Source of the DNA: Strigamia acuminata
Lineage: Eukaryota
Direction: 5' to 3'
Assembly: GCA_949358305.1 (NCBI GenBank)
Contig: OX442314.1
Location: 8,122,001-8,186,000, forward strand
DNA length: 64,000 nucleotides
Shown: positions 59,775-64,000 of the stretch, in pieces
Layout: each line of letters starts with the position of its first letter
Position numbering within the stretch: position 1 is the stretch's first letter
The notes under the pieces: generated by a model
The model's input: the letters and a program-made list of their open reading frames with translations, nothing else
The model's database searches: none
Told to the model about the DNA's origin: nothing
Made by a program: the position numbers and the translations under genes

Positions 59775-60230
59775 TAGCTAGGTTCACACTTGTGTTCACG
59801 CTAGATGCAACGCGTCGCTTACTTCAACTTGGACTCGAAGCAGGAATTGACGTCAACGTCAAGAATTTTTGAACGCAAGTTTCTGTTGCGTCAGTTTTCT
59901 TGCGTTGCGTCTAGTGTGAACGCAAGTGTGAACTAGGGATTGCAGTACCGGACGGTTTTCATGGTACCAGTATTCGGTACTGACATTTTTTTCTGGTACT
60001 ATATTCGGTTCCGGTCCTGAATGAAAAATGAGCACTGGTATTGGGGCTGCTACTACTACTGAAAGCGGTACTGACACCGATATTGGCACCGGTTCTGGAT
60101 AGTCAATCTATTTCTCAACAAAAATATTTATTAAACCTCCACCAAGACTGGTACTGAATCCCGGTACCAATACCGGTACTGGAACTGATACTGAAACCGG
60201 TACTGCAATCCCTAATGTAAACCCAGCTTA
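59775..60230. mobile_element. MITE copy 2 (same family as 40585-40972) interrupted by a nested hAT-type MITE at 59934-60214
   Basis: Host TIR tagctaggttcacacttgtg ... agtgtgaac[insert]ccagctta. Insert TIR tagggattgcagtaccgg / ccggtactgcaatcccta; degenerate 8-bp TSD gtgtgaac (59926-59933) / atgtaaac (60215-60222). Confidence 0.75.
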
Positions 60231-60969
60231 AAATCATATTAACAACACAAACTAGACAGAGTACTCATAATAAACTTACAATATAAAACATATTCAGAGG
60301 TGCGATGTCCCGCGGTAACATCAAAATTTGCGATATTCGACTGCGATATTATAATTTTAATATGAGGACCCCCTCCGGTCTCCCCCACCCGCACAAAAAG
60401 AGGTAAAATGCGCATGCGCGGGGTCTGTGTAACAGTTGGCACTTGGGGAAACCTCAAGAGGTCGCTTGTCAAGTGTTGGCCTGACGTCATCTTCGCCAAG
60501 CTGTCAGGATTAAACCCTACACTCACTTTGGGTGACCCAGAGTGACCCGTTGTTAGACGACCCCTGTGACATAATTTCCGCTTGTTGCGGCTAATCAGAA
60601 AGTGGATTTTAAAATGTTTAGAAAAAAAATGGAGTTGGGCTTTGGATTTGTAAAGTTTGAGCGTTCACAATTTCAAATGTAAAACGCTTTTTAGACACGC
60701 TCGTCTCGACTGTCAGTTACGCATGTGCAGAATGTAGAATGCAGAAACAAAAATGTTGGCACGGGTTTTAGGCTTTTAGCAATGCACAAAAAAGTATGGT
60801 AGTTCGTTGCTGTCGATGGCTTAAAAATACTCCGTAGATTTTATTTTGGTTTATCGCAAATGCAAATCCATTGTAGAAACGACACGACGCAATATTTGCA
60901 AGATATCAAAACATTTGCAAGGTGTTGCAATTTTTAGCGCAACATATGTCATTAATCACAACCGTTTGC

Positions 60970-61370
60970 AATTTATCGCAGCATTTTTAATTTAAATCGC
61001 AATTTTTGCAACGGAAATCGCAATTTTTGAAATAGAAATCGCAATTTTTGCAATAGAAATCGCAATTTTTGCAACGGAAATCGCAATTTTTGAAATAGAA
61101 ATTGCAATTTTTTAAATAGAAACGGCAATTTTAGCAATATTTGCAATAGAAATCGCAATATTTGCAATATCCGCAACAGAAATCACAAAATTTGCAAAAT
61201 TCGCAACGAAAATCGCAATATTTGAAATTTTCGCAACAGAAATCGCAATATTCGCAAGTAAAAACGCAAAATGTGCAACTGAAATCGTAAAATTCTCAAG
61301 TAAAATCGCAATATTCTCTAGTAAAATCGCAAAATTTGCAAGTAAAATCGCCAAATTTGCAATACAAATC
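60970..61370. repeat. 21-bp minisatellite (aaatcgcaatttttgcaatag)n
   Basis: Direct reading; explains the LQKLRF pseudo-ORF. Confidence 0.85.
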
Positions 61371-62699
61371 GGCAAAATTTTCCAAAGAAATCTCAAAACT
61401 TGCAACAAAACAATTCGCGAGTAAAGAACACCGCTATTTCCTGACGTACGAGCAACAACAACACTCTCACTCAGCCTTATTGGCACTGGGTAACAAAGTT
61501 GAAGGAGTCCATTTTGATTTAGCACGACTCAAGTGTGTGTTCCTGACTCACCCGTTCTTGTTATTCCAACTCCATTGTGTCCTCGATCTGATGGACGTCC
61601 GTGGAACCAGTTCACCCGCCGGCCATGGCCACCTGCGAGTCGCAATGTATTCACACTTCGCCTAAACTCACGCGACACAACCCTTGATTTAACGCCTCCA
61701 TTTGCATTTTGCTATTGCCCTCAAACGACGATTAGTCAAAGCTCAACACAAAATAAACGCCAAATGTCAACTTTCTTTTTCCCTTTCTCCATCTGTTGAT
61801 TCCAAATGTTAAAATTACTCGATAAACATCGAAAATTTATAATAATTCGTACAAATTTCAACAAATATCGATATTTTTCTCGCAAATGACCGCCAGATGC
61901 CGACATTCCCCCATTAGCGCGCAACCACAGCGCCGTATCGATACGCACAATACAAACCATCCCGTGACGTCACTCCCTCTCATCAACCTTTAATGCGCAC
62001 ATTTCCAACACGTGCCCCACCATTCGCACACGTGGCCAAGCGCATGCGCAACAAAACACCATCAACTCATTCGTTTTCGTTTAAAACAATTAACTTTCTG
62101 TGATCACTAATTCTGGTTATTCGTTTACGCGAAAATAATAAAAATAATAAAAATAAAAATTGGCCATTTCGTTAGCGCGCGCCCCAACACTTCATTCCTC
62201 CCCCTGATTGATGATTTAGTGCGTTTTTATGAATGGCCCCCGAATAAATTCCACGCAAGGCGCATATGGGGCTTGTGAAATATTCATGGGGTTGTGGGGA
62301 TTGGTGGAAGGAAGTAGGAAGTGAGGAACTATAGGAAGGGTTGTAGTTGGAATTGGAGTTTGAAGGGCGTGAGTGAGGAGTGAACGAGGAGGTGTTTCTG
62401 GATCTCTGGTTTCGGAGTTTGGCTACTGGATTCAAAGATGGCTGACGATTGGGAAGAAATAGATTTCGTCTATCTAGATTAATTAGCGTGTCGTTTCGTG
62501 TAAATAATGAATGTTTGTACTGTATATTTGGGTCTAATTTTAAAATCTATATATTTTTACACCTAAATTAAACAAGCATCAAGTGAATGTAAATTGACAT
62601 TAAATTAATAAAAATTGACACCAATTAATGTAAATTGCATTACATTAGTGCAAATTTACATCAAACAAGAAAATTTTACATCAAATTACTGTAAATCCT

Positions 62700-63260
62700 C
62701 AACAAATTAATGTAAATTCATATCAAATTAATGTAAATTCATATCAAATTAGTGTAAATTAGTGTAAATTAGCGTAAATTAGTGTAGATTCATTTCCAAT
62801 TAGTGTAAATTAGTGTAAATTAGTGTAGATTCATTTCCAATTAGTGTAAAAATTCGTATAAAATAGTGTAAAAATTCGTATCAAATAGTGTAAAAATTAA
62901 TATGAAATTAGTGTAAATTCATATTAAATTAGTATAAATTTGTGTAAATTTATATTAAATTAGTGTAAATTTGTGTAAATTCATATTAAATTAGTGTACA
63001 TTTGTGTAAATTCATATTAAATTAGTGTAAATTTATATTAAATTAGTGTAAATTTATATTAAATTAGTGTAAATTTGTGTAAATTTATATTAAATTAATG
63101 TAAATTTGTGTAAATTTATATCAAATTAGTGTAAATTCATATTAAATTTGTGTAAATTTATATCAAATTAGTGTAAATTCATATTAAATTAATGTAAATT
63201 AGTGTAAATTCACGTCAAATTAATGTAAATGCACACCAAATTAATGTAAATTTACACCAA
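62700..63260. repeat. 10/21/31-bp minisatellite (aaattagtgt[aaatttatatt])n
   Basis: Direct reading. Confidence 0.9.
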
Positions 63261-64000
63261 ATTAATATAAATCCACACCAAATTAACGTAAGCTAACATG
63301 AAATCAACTCAACTATCTCTAAAAAATCTAAAAATAAATAAATAAAATAAATAAATAAGAAAATCAAAAAAAAATAAAAAAGAATCAATTTCTACCAAAG
63401 CACACCACCCACTGACACACTTCAACTTCCCAACCTATTCCCGCTCACTAATCTCTTAAAACATTCACTAAAAACTCAACATCCATAAAAATCAACACCT
63501 CAACTCTTCCAAACGCTCCCATTCACACTAATTACCACCTGACAACTCCACAACCTCCACCATTAACAAAATCCATTACTAAACGACCTCAAATCCCGCC
63601 AATCACTTTGTTTGCAACCCATTACCATCCCCATCACCAACGAAACAAATTCTTCCCACAATCCAAAAAAACATTAAAAAAACATAAAAAAAACGTTAAA
63701 AAAACAACTTTTTGCCAAATTACCTCAAAAAACGGAAAAATATTTTTTTTACACTAATGCGCATGCGCGGATGTTTGTAGGGGCCCATTGATGGAGCATC
63801 CGGTTTCATATTTAATGTTTCCATAAGTTGTAGGGAATGGTCGGGCGCCATTGCTGCATGGGCAGAGGCAAGCACGCGTTGCTAATGAGAAATGAGGCCA
63901 TCTGGCGGGAATATGAAAATATGAGCAGGTTTGTAGACATGTTGGTTTTGTAAATGATTTCAAGCTTAAATATGAACCAGATATGGGGGAAATGAATAAA

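Noticed and set aside
2291..63260. Tandem arrays as CRISPR
   Set aside because: Head-to-tail repeats without unique spacers, eukaryotic context, no cas genes.

Overview
AT-rich, intron-rich animal genomic DNA, most consistent with a non-insect arthropod (inferred from the Serrate tail and EGF count; the species cannot be determined here). Four spliced genes were reconstructed by reading GT-AG junctions in frame: a DAAM-type formin (+, ~4165/5309-13564), SNW1/SKIP/Bx42 (-, 19127-15671), NUDT14 UDP-sugar pyrophosphatase (+, 19576-20471) and Serrate/Jagged (-, 58071-21299, 21 coding exons, 19.4-kb first intron). Non-coding DNA holds ~25 unrelated AT-rich minisatellites, several MITEs (one nested), a non-autonomous Helitron, Ty3/Gypsy pol debris and two tRNA-iMet primer-binding sites. 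The most notable unexplained signals are: (1) unrelated minisatellites converging on helical-turn unit lengths (20/21/30/31/42 bp), PATC-like; (2) a recurring G/T-rich -> repeat -> A/C-rich skew independent of gene orientation; (3) a Notch-related gene neighbourhood whose human orthologues are recalled to lie on chr14, with NUDT14 next to JAG2; (4) an in-frame alternative exon or donor inside the DAAM FH1; (5) palindromic GC-rich islets built from nuclear-receptor half-sites; (6) a K-box/miRNA/Pumilio-site-rich Serrate 3'UTR. All coordinates were read by eye and no searches were run.
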